NCBI RefSeq assembly: GCF_009914755.1
Contig: NC_060938.1
Strand: one strand, 5' to 3'
Origin: the human T2T-CHM13v2.0 reference genome, Homo sapiens
Length of the DNA: 64,000 bases
Shown: in pieces, positions 25,455-39,987 of the stretch
Layout: each line of letters opens with the position of its first letter
Position numbering within the stretch: position 1 is the stretch's first letter
The notes under the pieces: generated by a model
What the model was told of the DNA's origin: nothing
Databases searched by the model: none
Seen by the model: the letters and a program-made list of their open reading frames with translations, nothing else
Translations under genes and position numbers: made by a program

Positions 25455-28400
25455 TCGATTTATTTCTGATTTTAGCTATTTTAGTCTTCTATTTTTTTTT
25501 CTGTCAGTCCTTCTACCTAAAATGTTTAAATTTCATTGATGGTTTTTCTGAAAAATCAACTTTTGGTATAAGAGTTTTTTCATTGATTTCTATTCTCTAT
25601 TTTATTAATTTCTGCTGTCATCTATTATTTTCTTCATTTTTCTTGCTTTGAGTTTATCTTGTTTATCATTTTAGTTTCCTATAATGAAAGATTAAGTTAT
25701 TGATGAGCTATTTTTTAATATAGACATTTTATCTAATACATTTTTCTCTGAGTGCTTTAGCTGAATTCTCTAAGTTTTGATATGTTATTTTTTATTTTCA
25801 TTCATCTCAAAGTATTTTATAATTTCCCTTTTGTCTTCTTCTCTGAACCACTGGTTATTTAGAAGTATGTTATTTAATTTCCAAATATCTGTGAATTTAC
25901 CAAAAAAATTTTGCTACTGATTTCTAATTTCATGTCACTGTGATCTGAGGACATACTTTGTATGCTTTAACTTCCTTTAACTTTACTGAGACTTCTTATA
26001 TAGTCTAAAATATGATGCATCATGGGGGATGTTTAATGTGAATTTTAGGAGATATATATTCTGCTGTTGGGTGTTCTATAAATGTCTATGTCTAGTTGTT
26101 GGGTAGAGTATTCTGTAAATGTTCATTGTCTCTAGTTGTTCTATACTTTTGTTATCTTCTATATTTTTGCTGGTCTTATGTCTAAGTTTTCTACAAATTA
26201 TTATAAGCACAATATTGAATTCTTTAACTATTACTGTTGAAATATCTAATTTTCTTGTCAGTTTTCTGTCAAATTTTGTTCATGTACTTTAGGCCTCTAT
26301 TGTTAGGTGCATAGTTGCTCATATTTTCAGGCCTTCTTGATAGATTAATGCTCTTAAAAATGTAAGATCTCTTTTTTTGTTTCTACTAACAATTTTTTTT
26401 ATTAAAGTCTACTTTTTCTTATATAGTTGCTCAAACTTTCTTTTGATTCCTATTTGCATGTTTTTCATGCATCTTTTTTACATTCATACTATTTATGTAT
26501 TTTAATCTGAAATGTGTCCTGTAGATAACATATAGTAGGACAATTTTTTTGTCTTTTTTGCCAATTTCTGCTTTTTGATTACATTATACAATCTATTTAC
26601 ATTTGATATAATTACTAATAAGGTAGGATTTACATCTGTCTTTTAGCTAATTGTTTTCTATATGCCTTATGCCTTTCTTGTTTTTCTATTTGTTTATTAC
26701 TCCCTTTTTATGTTAGATAGAATCATTTAAGTGCCATTTTAATTCCTCTGTTATTTCTTTTACCACCTATTTTTGAGTTGTTTTCTTCGTAGTAGTTCTG
26801 GGAATTACAAGCCACATCTTAAAGCATAGCAATCTAGTCCATATTAATAACAACTTAATTTCAATAGTTACTTCCTTCACCCTCCTTTGACCTATTATTG
26901 TCATACATATTACATCTTTATATATTACAAGTTCATCCACAAAGATATATAATTATTGCTTTTTGCAGTTGACTTGCAAATAGGCCAGAAAAAAAAAACT
27001 GTGATAAACAAAACATATGTTTATACTTTCATTTTCACTTATGTGCTTAGCTTTACTTGTGCTGTTTGTTTTCTCTGTGTTCTCCAACTTGAAAACCTAC
27101 CTATAGTATTTCTTATAAGAAATGTCTATTAGTGGCAAATTCTGGCAGTGTCAGTTTTTGTTTTTCTGCAAATGTCTTAATTTCTGCCTCATAATCTATA
27201 TTTCCTTTGTTGCTACATATAGAATTTTTGGTTGAGAGTCTTTTTTCTTTTAGCCCTTGAGTATGACATTGTACTGCCTTCTGGCCTCCATGATTTCAAC
27301 AAAAAATTGGCTGTTCATTTTATTAAAAATCTCTTGCATGCGATGAGTTGCTTCTCTCTTGCTGCTTTCAAAATTCTCTGTTTGTCATTTGACAGTTTGT
27401 TTATGACATGTTTAGGCATGCATTTAAAATTTCTCCCAGATAAATGTTGCAGAGGTCCTACTTGTTTTGGCCATATATGTTGAAAATAATGAGCAAAGTT
27501 TTGGCTTCATCCCTTTTTACTTTCTTTCTTTGTGTTGCTTTAATTGTGGTTAAAAAACACACATAACATTACATTTACCATTTCAACTGTTTTTAAGTAT
27601 ACAGTTCAGTAGTGTTAAATATATTCATATTTTTGAGAAACAGATCTGAGAACTTTTTTGTCTTGCAAATCTGAAACTCTATACTCATAAAACAGTAACT
27701 CCCCATTTCTCCATTCCCCTAGACCTTGGCAATCACCATTCTACTTTCTGTCTCTCTAATTTTACTAATTTAAGTACCTCATATGAGTGGATATATGACT
27801 TTCCATGACTAGATTATTTCACTTAGTGTAATATCCTTAAGATTTATCCATGTTGTAGCATTTCAGAATTTCTTTCCCCTTTAAGGTTGAGTAATAATCT
27901 ATTGTATGTGTACATATTTTGTTTATTCATTCATTTATCGCTGGATGCTTGGGTTGCTTTTACCTCTTGGCTATTGTGAATGGTGCTGCTCTGAACACAC
28001 ATATGTAAATATCTAGCCCCGCTGCTTTCAATTATTGTGGATATATTTTCAGACATGGGATTGTTGGATAATGTGGTAGTTCTATTTTTAATTTTTTGAG
28101 AAAGCTTCATACTGTTCTCCGAAGTGATGGCACCATTTTACAATCCCACCAACAGTGCATGATGGTTTTATTTATTTTTTTCACATCCTCATCAACACTT
28201 GTTATTTTCTGTAGTTTTTTAAAATAGTACCATCCTAATGGATGTGTGGTAACATCTCTCCGTGATTTTAATTTGCATTTCTCTGATAACTAGTTGATCA
28301 TCTTTTTACATGCTTGGTGGCAATTTGTATGTCATCTTTGGAGAAATGGCTCTACAAGTCCTTTGCACATTTTTTATCTGGTTATTTTACTTTTTGTTGT

Positions 28401-30460
28401 TGAGTCATAGGAGTTATTTATATATTACAGATGTTAACTTCTTATCAGATACAGGATTTGCAAATATTTTCTCTCATTCTATCAGTTGCCTTTCCATTCT
28501 GTCAATTATGTCCTTTTATATACAAAAGTATTTAAGTTTGATAAATGCCAGTTGTCTATTCTTACTTTTGTTGTCTGTGCTTTTCATGTCATATGCAAAA
28601 AATCATTGCCAAGTGCAATGTCATAAAGATTTTCCTCTATATTTTCTTCCAGGAGTTTTATAGTTTTAGTCTTATGTTTAGGTATTTAATCTATCTTGAG
28701 TTCATCTTGTATATGGTGTAAGATATAAGCCTGATAATTCATTTGCTTGGGAATATTAGGTGTATTTTTTTTTTAGTTTATCCCACTTAGAGTTTATTGA
28801 AATTCTTGAATATGTCTATTAATGTTTTTGCTCAAATTTGGGAAAATTTAGTCATAATGTCTTCAGATATTCTTTCTGTCATCATCTCTCTTTTCTCTTC
28901 TGAGACTCCCATAATGTGTATATTCTTGTGCTTGATGGTATCCTAACAGTGTCTGATACTTTGTTCATTTTTTTCCTATTTTTTCTTTATGTATCACTCT
29001 GAAAGTCTCAATTGACCTATCTTAAATTTTGTTGATTACTTTTTCAGACAGTTAAAATCTGCTTTTAATCCCTTCTAGTTAATTTTTTATTTCAGTTACT
29101 ATAATTTTCAAGTTCAGAATTTTCATTTTCAAGTTCATATTAAAGAGATCTCTATCTCTTTATTGATATTCTGTATTTGTTGAGATGTCATTCTCATACC
29201 TTTTTTTATATTTCTTTAGGCATTATTTTCTTTAGTTCTTGGAACATGTTTTAAAATAATTGACTTAATGTCCTTGTCTAGTTATGCCTAATGTAGGCTT
29301 CCTCAGCAACAATTTCTATTGCCTGAGATTTTTCTTGTGTTGGGGCTATATTTTACTGTTTTTAAAAAAGTCTTATAATTTTTTGTTAAAAACTAGATAT
29401 TTTAAATAATATAATGTGATAATTATTAAAGTCAGATTATTTCCACAATATATATAGTTTTTGTTATTGATGTTTGTTTTTGTCATTGCTATTTGTTTAG
29501 TGAATTTCCTGAACTACTTCCATAAAGTCTGTGTTTTTTGTCACATGTAGCCACTAAAGTCTTTGGTCAGTGGTCAGTGAATGATTGGTCAGACATGTCC
29601 TTACATGTTTTGAAACTATAAATTTCCCAGCCTTTGCTGAGAGCTTCTATATACAGTTTGGATAGGCCTTCAATGCTTAGGTAAGCAGCTTGAAATTTTG
29701 CCTTTACTTTTTACTTTTAGCTTTCGTCAGAGCCTGAAGGTTAGCAAGAGGCAACAGATTAGGGCCTTCTCAAGTCTTTTCTGGGTGTGCACACATCCCT
29801 GCATATATGCAAAGCCTTCTAGAGTCACAAGAAAAAGTTAGAGCTTTTCAAAGGCCCCTATAGACAACTTTGCAAGTTTTTCCCTTTATGTTTTTTGTTG
29901 AGCTTCTTTATGGTCACAGCTGTTGTCATTGCCTCATGAAGCTGCAATATTAAACAACCACTGTTGATTGTTTTTCACAAATGTAGCCCCAGAATTGAAA
30001 GCTCTGTAAAGTTGGTGAGGTCTGATTTAGGCCAAATAAAGATGAGTTCTGCAAATGGATCTTTCTAGAGAACTGCCAGACATGTCATGTAATGGCATGT
30101 ATGAATATGGGCTTTTGGGGAGCTTCAAACCCATTCTGTCCCTTCCAAAACATGTCTGCTTTACATGGCTACCATCATTATGAGGCTTTTTTTTTTTTTT
30201 TTTCAAAATTTCTTTAAAGCTAGGGAGAGGAATAAAAATAATTTGAAATGTGGCAAAGCTCACCGTTGTCATTGAGATTCAACCATTTTTCTTCAACAAA
30301 ATTCCTTGGATTATTGCAGGCCTTTGGTTAATTCCCAGAGTTCTTAAAACATTGATTAGACAATAAATTACTATTACTATTAATTTTGGAGTCAGTGTTT
30401 TCATTCTTTTATAGAAGAGTAAATTCTTGGAGAATCTTACTTTGCCATTCCTATGCTCTT
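25455..30460 (-). mobile_element. Old L1M (ORF2 to 5' region), interrupted by an L1MB at about 27530-28730
   Basis: T-rich antisense L1 ORF2/ORF1-region motifs (ttctggcctccatgatttc; tttgggaaaatttagtcataat; gagactcccataatgtgtat). Confidence 0.75.
27530..28730 (-). mobile_element. Nested L1MB 3' fragment
   Basis: ttaattgtggttaaaaaacacacataacattacatttaccatttcaactgtttttaagtatacagttcagt is an L1MB antisense 3' terminus. Confidence 0.85.
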
Positions 30461-30489
30461 ACATGTTTGAGGATTTTTTGTAATTTTAA

Positions 30490-30630
30490 TTTTAATTTAA
30501 TTAATTAATTAATTTTTTTTTTTTTTTTTTTTAGAGACAGGGTCTGGCTTTGTCATGCAGGCTGGAGTGCAGTGGTGTGATTACCACTCACCGCAGCCTC
30601 AAATTCCTGTGCTCAAGTGATGCTCCCACA
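30490..30630 (-). mobile_element. Truncated AluJ/FRAM fragment
   Basis: Poly(T) followed by agagacagggtctggctttgtcatgcaggctggagtgcagtgg. Confidence 0.85.
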
Positions 30631-31600
30631 TGTTTTAAGCAGTAATAATAGTCCATTCTTAAATCTTTTAATGTTCTTTATTAATACGTAAATAATAAAC
30701 ATGTGGGATCCATTGCAATATTTTCTAAGGCATGCAATACATGCACAACTACATCGCTTTCAGAATAGCTCCTTCTTTATAAGAATGGTTGCAATCTTCT
30801 GAATCTTGTCCTCTTTCCAAATAAATTCCAGTAGCAGTGGTTTGTAGGATTTGAATATGGGGTATTATATCTACATTGATTGAACTGGTAGGTATTTTAT
30901 ATGACATAATTTAAATGTTTTTGTGATAAATATTAAGTCTATTTATACTCTGGGAAGGAGAAAGACACTCTGAGTGTAATTTTATAGAATATTCATAAGA
31001 TGAGTTAAATCAGATTTTTGACAGCTCTTTTTATGGATTTTATTTAAATTACAAGTGTTTTTAACTGTTTTCCAGATGCAATTATCACAGACCACAGATT
31101 CACGTTCTTTATAACCCTGGGGAGAAATCACACAATTACATAGTCAGAGATTTAAACTGAAACAAATTCTTAAATACAAATTGTCTATTATATGAATAGT
31201 ATGTAAATAATTAGAATTTTACTAAAGAAGGCAAAAAGCACCAGACATACTTCTGACCTCTTTATACAACCAGTCACTGAATTTAAAATGCTAATTTCCA
31301 CTGGCTGTGCTTCAAAAATGATGTACATTGAACACAATACTAATTATTTAAGATTTCAATGAATATTGAAAGAAGGCAGAAAGAGAAGATTTTGTGCCTT
31401 TAAATGTGTTTTTAATCTGCCTTTCAAGAGAGGTATTTATTTACAAATAAAACACTTTATTGCTTATCTTGTAAACACATATTTACAGTGGATAAAGAGC
31501 TTTCAGGAAAATTGTTAATGTAAGTAATGTTAAACACATCCATCAGGGTTCATAAAGTATTTTGTGATATACCGGCTGCAACCTAGAAAATGATGTTTCT

Positions 31601-31739
31601 GGCCTGGCAAGTTGGCCATTGCCTATAATCCCAATGGTTTGGAAGGCCCAGGCAGGAGGATCACTTGAAGCCAGGAGTCGAAGACCAGGATAGGCAACAT
31701 AGTGAGAGCCCATCTCTACAAAATATAAAATTAAAAAAA
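31601..31739 (+). mobile_element. FLAM / Alu left monomer
   Basis: Single Alu arm with approximate TSD aaaatgat(g)tttct. Confidence 0.85.
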
Positions 31740-31964
31740 TGATTTTCTATAATATTAACATTATGAAGGAAACTTTTAATTCAAGGCAACGTCAATGAAA
31801 TTGCAAGTTATAGGGTTTTGGATTCAACTGAAGTCTAGGCTCTCAAAATACCTTTAAGTATCCTTCTAGTCATTGTAAATACTGAAAGATCACTATCAAC
31901 TAGTAGCTCATTTTAAGAAAATATTCCGCTGTCCTAATATGATGTTTTTTTCATTATTCATGAA

Positions 31965-32262
31965 CTTTTTCTTTTATTTTTGAGACAGGGTCTTGCTCTG
32001 TTGCCCAGGGTGAAGTGCAGTAGTGTGATCTCCATTTACTACAACCTCTGCCTCCTGAGTTCAAACAATCCTCTCACCTCAGCTTCCTGAGTAGCTGGGA
32101 CTACAGGCACATGCCGCCTCACCCAGCTAATTTGTGTATTTTTAATAGATACAGGGTTCTGCTGTGTTGCCCAGGCTGGCCCTGAACTCCGAGGCTCAAG
32201 TAATCCACCTGCCTCAGCCTCCCTAAGTGCTGGGACTACAGTCATGAGCCACCACGCCTGGT
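31965..32262 (-). mobile_element. AluJ, full length
   Basis: Antisense Alu with J-type features (gagacagggtcttgctctg, gctcaagtaatcc). Confidence 0.93.
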
Positions 32263-33182
32263 CATTCATTAACTTTCCACACACACACACACAAATAATG
32301 TTAGAGCCTAAACTAGATGATAACAAGTCTTTCTGGACATTCCTGAAATAGATCTACATATGAATTTTCCACAATGAATTAAAGTAAACTGAATTTTACC
32401 CTTGTTCCCAAAAGATGTGTTTGATATTGTATGTCAAGTAACAGGTATGTAAAAAGGAACAAGGGGATTGTTATGTGAGAATAAGAGCTTGCATACCCCA
32501 GACTAGCAGCATAGCACACCACTGGAATGTTGGAAGCCCTGGATTCTGCCCTTGCCTTACTTATATGCAGGCTTCAGTAAATTGTTTAACCCCTCTGTGT
32601 ATCGTTTTCTTATCTGTAAAATAATAATGGCATTATTCACATGGCAGAATGCTAAGCAAAATAGGTGCCCGATACATAACAGCTAGTATTTTTAATTAGC
32701 AAAAACATTTATTATGGAGTCAAAAAATGAATTCTAAGGTGAATGTGAGTTTTTGACTTGAAGAGTCCCAGGAGGAAGTCAGAGGTTTTCTCACGACGAG
32801 GTAGATGAAAAGTTCAGGAAGTTTGTAAAAACAATGTTAGGAGTGATTGCCATCTTCCTCTGCATTCAAGACACAATCTTCAAGTGATCTGTGCTATTTC
32901 TGATGGGCTCGTATATGGATTCCATCAGCCTAGTTAAGACCACCTTCAACAATCTACCCTGAGGAAATGTCCTAAAAGTCAGGTATGCTGCAAAAAGTTG
33001 CCCCCAACCCAGAGAGGAGCAGGCTGGACAGTAGCTTGTCTGTATTAAACCCACAGCCTCTAGAGAAAGGTTTTTGAGGAGATTCCATATGCTGACATAT
33101 ATTAATACATCATCCACAAATTAGGGGAATCTTGTATCTCCAAAGAACATGGTATTATACAGTGGTTAAGATCTCTGGCTCA

Positions 33183-33547
<365 letters not shown>

Positions 33548-34659
33548 CTATATAATTTTGGCTAAGCTTCAGTTTCCTCATATACAAAATTGAATGACTA
33601 CAATCAATCCATAAAGCTTATTGTGAGCCTTCAGTGATAATATGTATAGAAATTACTTAGTGCAGTGACACACACCTTATAAACATATGCTGTATATCGA
33701 CATACTAATAAACTATAACTAGTAAAGATCATTACATGCAGTACAATTGTTAAAAAATATATGTGTAGGAAACACTCTCACTAAAATATACCATAAAATT
33801 TTGGCAAAATATTTGCATGGGGAGGTTAATTATCTGTTTGTTGTAAATGTCTCTGATTCTACAAGGTTTCTGGTTATGATTCACAAGAACTCACAACTCT
33901 TATAGAAAATATGTCATATGCAAAGTTTTGAAGTGGAAATTTCTACATCATGTATAAAAAATAACATTTCACAAGAACCTGCATTTTGATTCAAATATCA
34001 CTTTAAAAAATGTGAAGCTAATCATGACTTATTGCAAGTGGGTATCGTAGAAAACACATACTCCTGCTTCAAAGAAGTTGCTGCAGTGAAAAGGAAAATT
34101 CTTTTGACAAGCCCAGGCTTTTAGTGGGTTATAGACAAAGTTGGTTTCAGAATATTACCCTAGAATTGATTTTATCATTGTTAAAACAGTACCTGTCCAT
34201 CATTAAGAAAGAGGTTTGATGATATCAGCATTTGTATGAGTAGACTTGAGCTCAGACTGCCCTTGGTTGAAATATTTTGCTGAAGATTTAAGAGAAAGAC
34301 ACCAAATAAGGGGCATTGGAATGAACCAATTATGAAGTGATAAAGACAACTGAAGTCTTCAAATTGACCAATTATAACTGACATAGCAGACAAGAGTGGG
34401 AAGATTTATGTTAAATGTGTTCTCGATTGTACTCCAGGCAGAGCAACTGGTGTTAGCAGTAATACGAAAAGACTCCCAGGAAATATAAATTCAGGTTAAT
34501 CACTTTTCTTGATGACAACAAAAGGAGCATAAATTTGGTAAGAATTGACCAGGCCTTTTATTTGATGGGGCAGTATATCTGGAGCAAGCCTGTTTGTAGA
34601 CATGCACAGAGTGATATATATTTTGCTTGTGTCTCAGATTTCTCACCTGTGAAATGAGG

Positions 34660-34840
34660 AGAGGTTGTCAGATAAGATCGAGGATGCACAGTTAAATTTT
34701 AATTATGGACACATAATGAATAACTTTTATTCATATGGCCCATTCGATATTTAGGAATACTTAAAATTTATTCATTGCTTCTCTCAAATTTAGATTTAAC
34801 TGGGCATCCTTCATTATTATTTGCTAAATCTGGCAACCTA
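34660..34840. mobile_element. MER53 palindromic hAT MITE inserted in a MIR
   Basis: gaggttgtcagataa...cagttaaatttt...atttaactgggcatcct...atttgctaaatctggcaaccta. Confidence 0.88.
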
Positions 34841-36373
34841 AATTTGGATAACAATGAGTTGTGAAGATTAAATGAATTAATACATATTAAGCACTTAGAA
34901 AGGTATTCAGCACAATGGAAGTACTCAATTGACGTTAGTTTTTATTAAAATTACTACTATTATCTCACTGCAGTAAATATAAAAGTCTTCTTTATGAATT
35001 GAGATACGTCATTTCTCATGTAATAATATTTGGCTATTCACACATCTAAAAATTATAATCACTCCATGCAAGTAATTTTTTAATCTAAATTCATGCTCTT
35101 TGGGCCCAACCTTCTTGCATGAATGGCAAAATGATGTTTATATTGCTTTTGTTTACCAAGTCAATCTTTTAGGAATTAATTGTTTCTATTAGGGCATCTA
35201 TTCTCCAATTTGCTTAACAGTCCATTAGAGAAAAATAGAATGACATCTAGATTTGCATAAATGGGTCAATTAGCTGGACTCTCTGTAGGTACTAATGGAT
35301 GAAATAAAACCGCCTATCTTAATTCAAGATATATTTCATTTATTTTCTAATGAGAGACATGAGAAGGACTAATATTTTGAAGTGTTAGTTTGTGCCTCTC
35401 ACATTCCCTGTCCCCAATTCTTTTTACCCTTTATTATTCCTTCTCTACTTTGCCCCCAGAATGCAAAATCATAGTTGGCTTCAAATGAATCTTGTCCTAG
35501 CAGAATCATTATTGGCATCAAATTCTCATGTTTGTATGAGACACATCTCAAGTGGAAGTGTGATTTAAAGAAAATGTGATCTCATTTTATCACCACCACC
35601 CAGGCTAAATATCCTTTAAACTGAAAGAAGAGAAAGAAGATTTAGAGGGAAATCAAGAGAATCAGATGTTGGTGATGTTGCAGCCAGTTTCCTTCCCTAG
35701 GGGGAAGAATAGAACCTTGGGGAGATTTGGGGATTGGGAAGAGAGCACACTTTCTTTCCATCTCACTGCTTGGGGAGTTGGCAAGATTCTCAGAGTTCTC
35801 CAGCCATGATGGATATAGATAGCAGCATAAAGACCCCAGAGAAGTGGCTTGGAATAACCCAAGCCAAGTTCTCATCCATACTGAAGGGGTATATATTGAC
35901 ACTCATGTCATCTTATGTGAGCAGAAAGTTGCTGACAGGACACTGAAAGCCAGCAAAGTCAGTGACTTTAACCAGCAGATAAAGATTATATAACCGGAGA
36001 CCAAATGGCAAAATAGATATTTTATACATATTGCCATAAAGTAATTCAAACCAATAATCAGATGCCATCCCTGAGAGGAGGATGCTATGTGTCCCTCTCA
36101 ATCTCTAAGTTAATTTCTCTCCAATAAGAAAGGAGGGAGGATAAGTAGCCAACATTGCTAGATTTTTCCTCCTGAATCAAGAGAAAACACCAGAGTGGCT
36201 GAGTTTTCATCCTGGATGGAGTAAGATAAATGAGAAATCTATTATTACAAAAAAAGTTAAGTTTCTCATTCTTTCTCAAGAGCCCCTGTGATGTGTGAGG
36301 CTTGAAGACTTATGTCTGCCTTTAGTAATGATAAAAGCAGTCTAAGTTTTGCTAATATTAAAGACATGCATAA

Positions 36374-36711
<338 letters not shown>

Positions 36712-37239
36712 AAGAAGGCTTAAATGAATATCTGATTGGATATGTAAGAGTGTTTATACGGAAGTTAAGAAGACCATTGATTCAGGGCCCACTATGTTCT
36801 AGGCACTATACTAGGCTCATGTTCATAATCTTAAGAGATTTGCTATTTTACAAGTATTAAACTTGGGGCATAAAGAGATTACATAATTTGAACAAGTCTC
36901 TGACAGTTTGTAAGTGGTAAGGGTCAGATTTGGTTGAGAGCCACTCACTTCCAAGTAGAAGCTTTTTGGAATATCAGAACACATCGTCTCCCTGCTAAGC
37001 ATCATCTGTTATCAGTCACTGTCCAACTTAACTATGAATAGCCAGACTAAATTTTATAGGAACCTTCTTACTCTCTTCATTTATATTTCAAGAATCTAAA
37101 GACCTTCATCAACACCAAGTTTCGTCAGAGGCAGCTTCTGCCCATTTCAGCAGCTTTAAGACTAGGGCAACTGTAATAAACAATTTTTAACTTCCTACCT
37201 CAAATTGAACATGAAGAACATTAAAAATGTGTTTCTCCT

Positions 37240-37597
<358 letters not shown>

Positions 37598-38502
37598 TTA
37601 ATGAAAAAATCAATAGCAGAATACCCCAGAATATGCCACTTACTTCTGGAACACACATTACTTCCTAAAAAGTAGAGACACTCAATGTCCATTTGAAATT
37701 GCATTTAAGTGGTGACTTTATGGAGTCCTTCTTCCATAGTTCAGGAGATACCATTTGGGGATACTTTTGTTATCTTTTAATTGAGTCCTGACCAAATAGT
37801 GTGCTTTGAGGTAGGGTTCTGATTTTCTATAAGTCCCGTTTCTTAATCCTGAGCCATTTCTTTAGAAGGCTGCAGGAAAGTCAAATAGTTTCTAGAATAT
37901 TATTGTAATTATTGTCGTTAATTTTGGATGCTGAGGCTTTTCTTTAATTTTTAAGATGATTTTATAGATATGTCAATGGAAAACTTTGAAGAGAATGTCT
38001 GTGGCATTTTAACTCACTTCATCATTGTTTTTCTGGAAGTTTCTCAGCAATTAGTTTGTAATGTATGTTGCCTGTTTTGCTGTAAGTGCATTTCTGTAAT
38101 TGACCTGTGAGAACAGACATTTATTGAAAAAAAAAAAAAAAGGCTGCCTGGAGAACATTATTTCAGGCTCACCACTGCCTAGGAAAATAAAAAGCTCTCT
38201 GCAGAATTGAGAGAAAAGAATCTCAGGGGGTATTATTTCAATGTTAAGCGTGGTTTGACAAAACAGGTTAAATTAAATTGCTAACATTAGAGTATCTCTT
38301 CTCTTGCTATTGAGGCTAGGAAATAGATTGGTCTAAATATCTTAATGAAATATTCACAAAATGTAAATTTTATCATAGAGACAAATTACTTTTCATAAAT
38401 TGAAAATATAATGTAATCAGTGTTTCGCATATTGCCTGTAAGACATTTTTTGAATAATCAATATTGATACCATACATCATTGATTCAAGAAAACCCCAGC
38501 CA

Positions 38503-38592
38503 TATATGTATGTGTATATGTATGTATGTATATATATGTATGTATGTATGTATATATACATATATGTGTGTGTATACACATATATATACACA
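38503..38592. repeat. (TATG)/(TA)n microsatellite
   Basis: Visible directly. Confidence 0.9.
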
Positions 38593-38639
38593 AACATGTA
38601 TCTTGGTGCAATAGCTGGATTTTTTAGCTTAAAAATATT

Positions 38640-39987
38640 AGAATGGTATATGACACTCGACACCAAATAATCTGTGAAAGAAAGAATTGATAACTGCACT
38701 TCATTAAAATTAAAATTTTCTGCTCCACAAAAAAGACTGTCAAGAGAATGAAAAGACATGTCACATACTGGGAGAAAATATTTCCTAAAGACATATCTTA
38801 TAAAAGACTGTTATCCAAAACTTAACAAAACACACTTACTACTCAACAGTAGGAAAATGAACAACCCAAAGAAAAATGGGCAAAAACTTTACTAATCACC
38901 TCAACAAAGAACACATATAGGAGACAAATAAAAGCATAGGAAAAGGTGCTCCATATGTCTTCAAGGAAACACAAATGAAAACAACCATGTGATACTAACA
39001 CACAACTTTTACAGAATGGCTAAAATCCAAAACAGTGACCGCAGCCAATGCTGGCAAGGATGTGGAACAACAGAAACACTCATATGTTGCTGGTGGAAAT
39101 GCAAAATGATGCATGATACAGCCACCTTCAAAGACAGTTTCTTACAAAACCAAACATATTTTTATCATACACTCCTTGGTATTTACCCAAAGGAATTGAA
39201 AACTTATGTTCATACAGAAACTTAGACTTGCATTTTTATAGCAACTTTATTTATAATTGCCAAAACTTGGAAGCAACCAAGATGCCCTTCAGTAAGTGAG
39301 TGAATAAAAAAACTGTAGTATATCCAGAAAATAGAATATTACTCAGTACTAAAAACAAATGAACTCTCAAGCCCTGAAAAGAAATAGAGGGAATTTAAAT
39401 GCATATTACTAAGTAAAAGAAGCCAGTCTGAAAAGGCAACATACTATATTATTCCAACTATATGACATTCTAAGTAAAAGAAGACAATCTGAAAAAGATA
39501 CATACTGTATTATTCCAACTATATGACATTTTAAGTAAAAGAAGCCAATCTGAAAAGGCTACATACTCTATCACTCCAACTATATGACATTCTGGAAAAG
39601 GCAAAACCATGGAGAGGGTAAAAAGATCAGTGGTTCCCAAGCTTTGGAGGGAAGGAGAAATGAATAGGCAGAACACACAGGATTCTTAGGACAATGTAGC
39701 CATTCTATATTAGGCCATAGGGTGGATATCTGTCATTATACATTTATCCAAACATATAGAATGTAGAGAAGCAATGCAACCCTAATGTAAACTATAGACC
39801 TTGGATGAATGATAATGTTGTTTCTATGTAGATTCATGAATTGCAACAAATGTACCACCCTGGTGGGGGAAGTTAGTAATGGGCAGGCTATGCATTTGGG
39901 CAGGGAGGGGCATATGGGAAATCTCTATACCTTCCACTCAATTTTGTGCTGAGCCTGAAACTGCTCTAAAAATAAAAGTTAAAAATA
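38640..39987 (+). mobile_element. L1MC-type 3' fragment with an internal 3x61-bp tandem expansion
   Basis: L1 ORF2 end and 3'UTR ending ctgctctaaaaataaaagttaaaaa; repeat units start at 39410, 39471 and 39532. Confidence 0.88.

Noticed and set aside
34190-34430. Possible RTE/LINE C-terminal fossil or exon
   Set aside because: Multiple stops in the plus-strand frames and only vague motif resemblance
38373-38759. 128-aa ORF and similar Y/I-rich ORFs at 58132-58372 and F/S/L-rich ORFs at 4216-4525
   Set aside because: Produced by microsatellite or low-complexity sequence
39410-39592. Regularly spaced repeats (also 54621-54793) considered as a CRISPR-like array
   Set aside because: Head-to-tail tandem units without unique spacers, inside eukaryotic retroelements, and no cas genes
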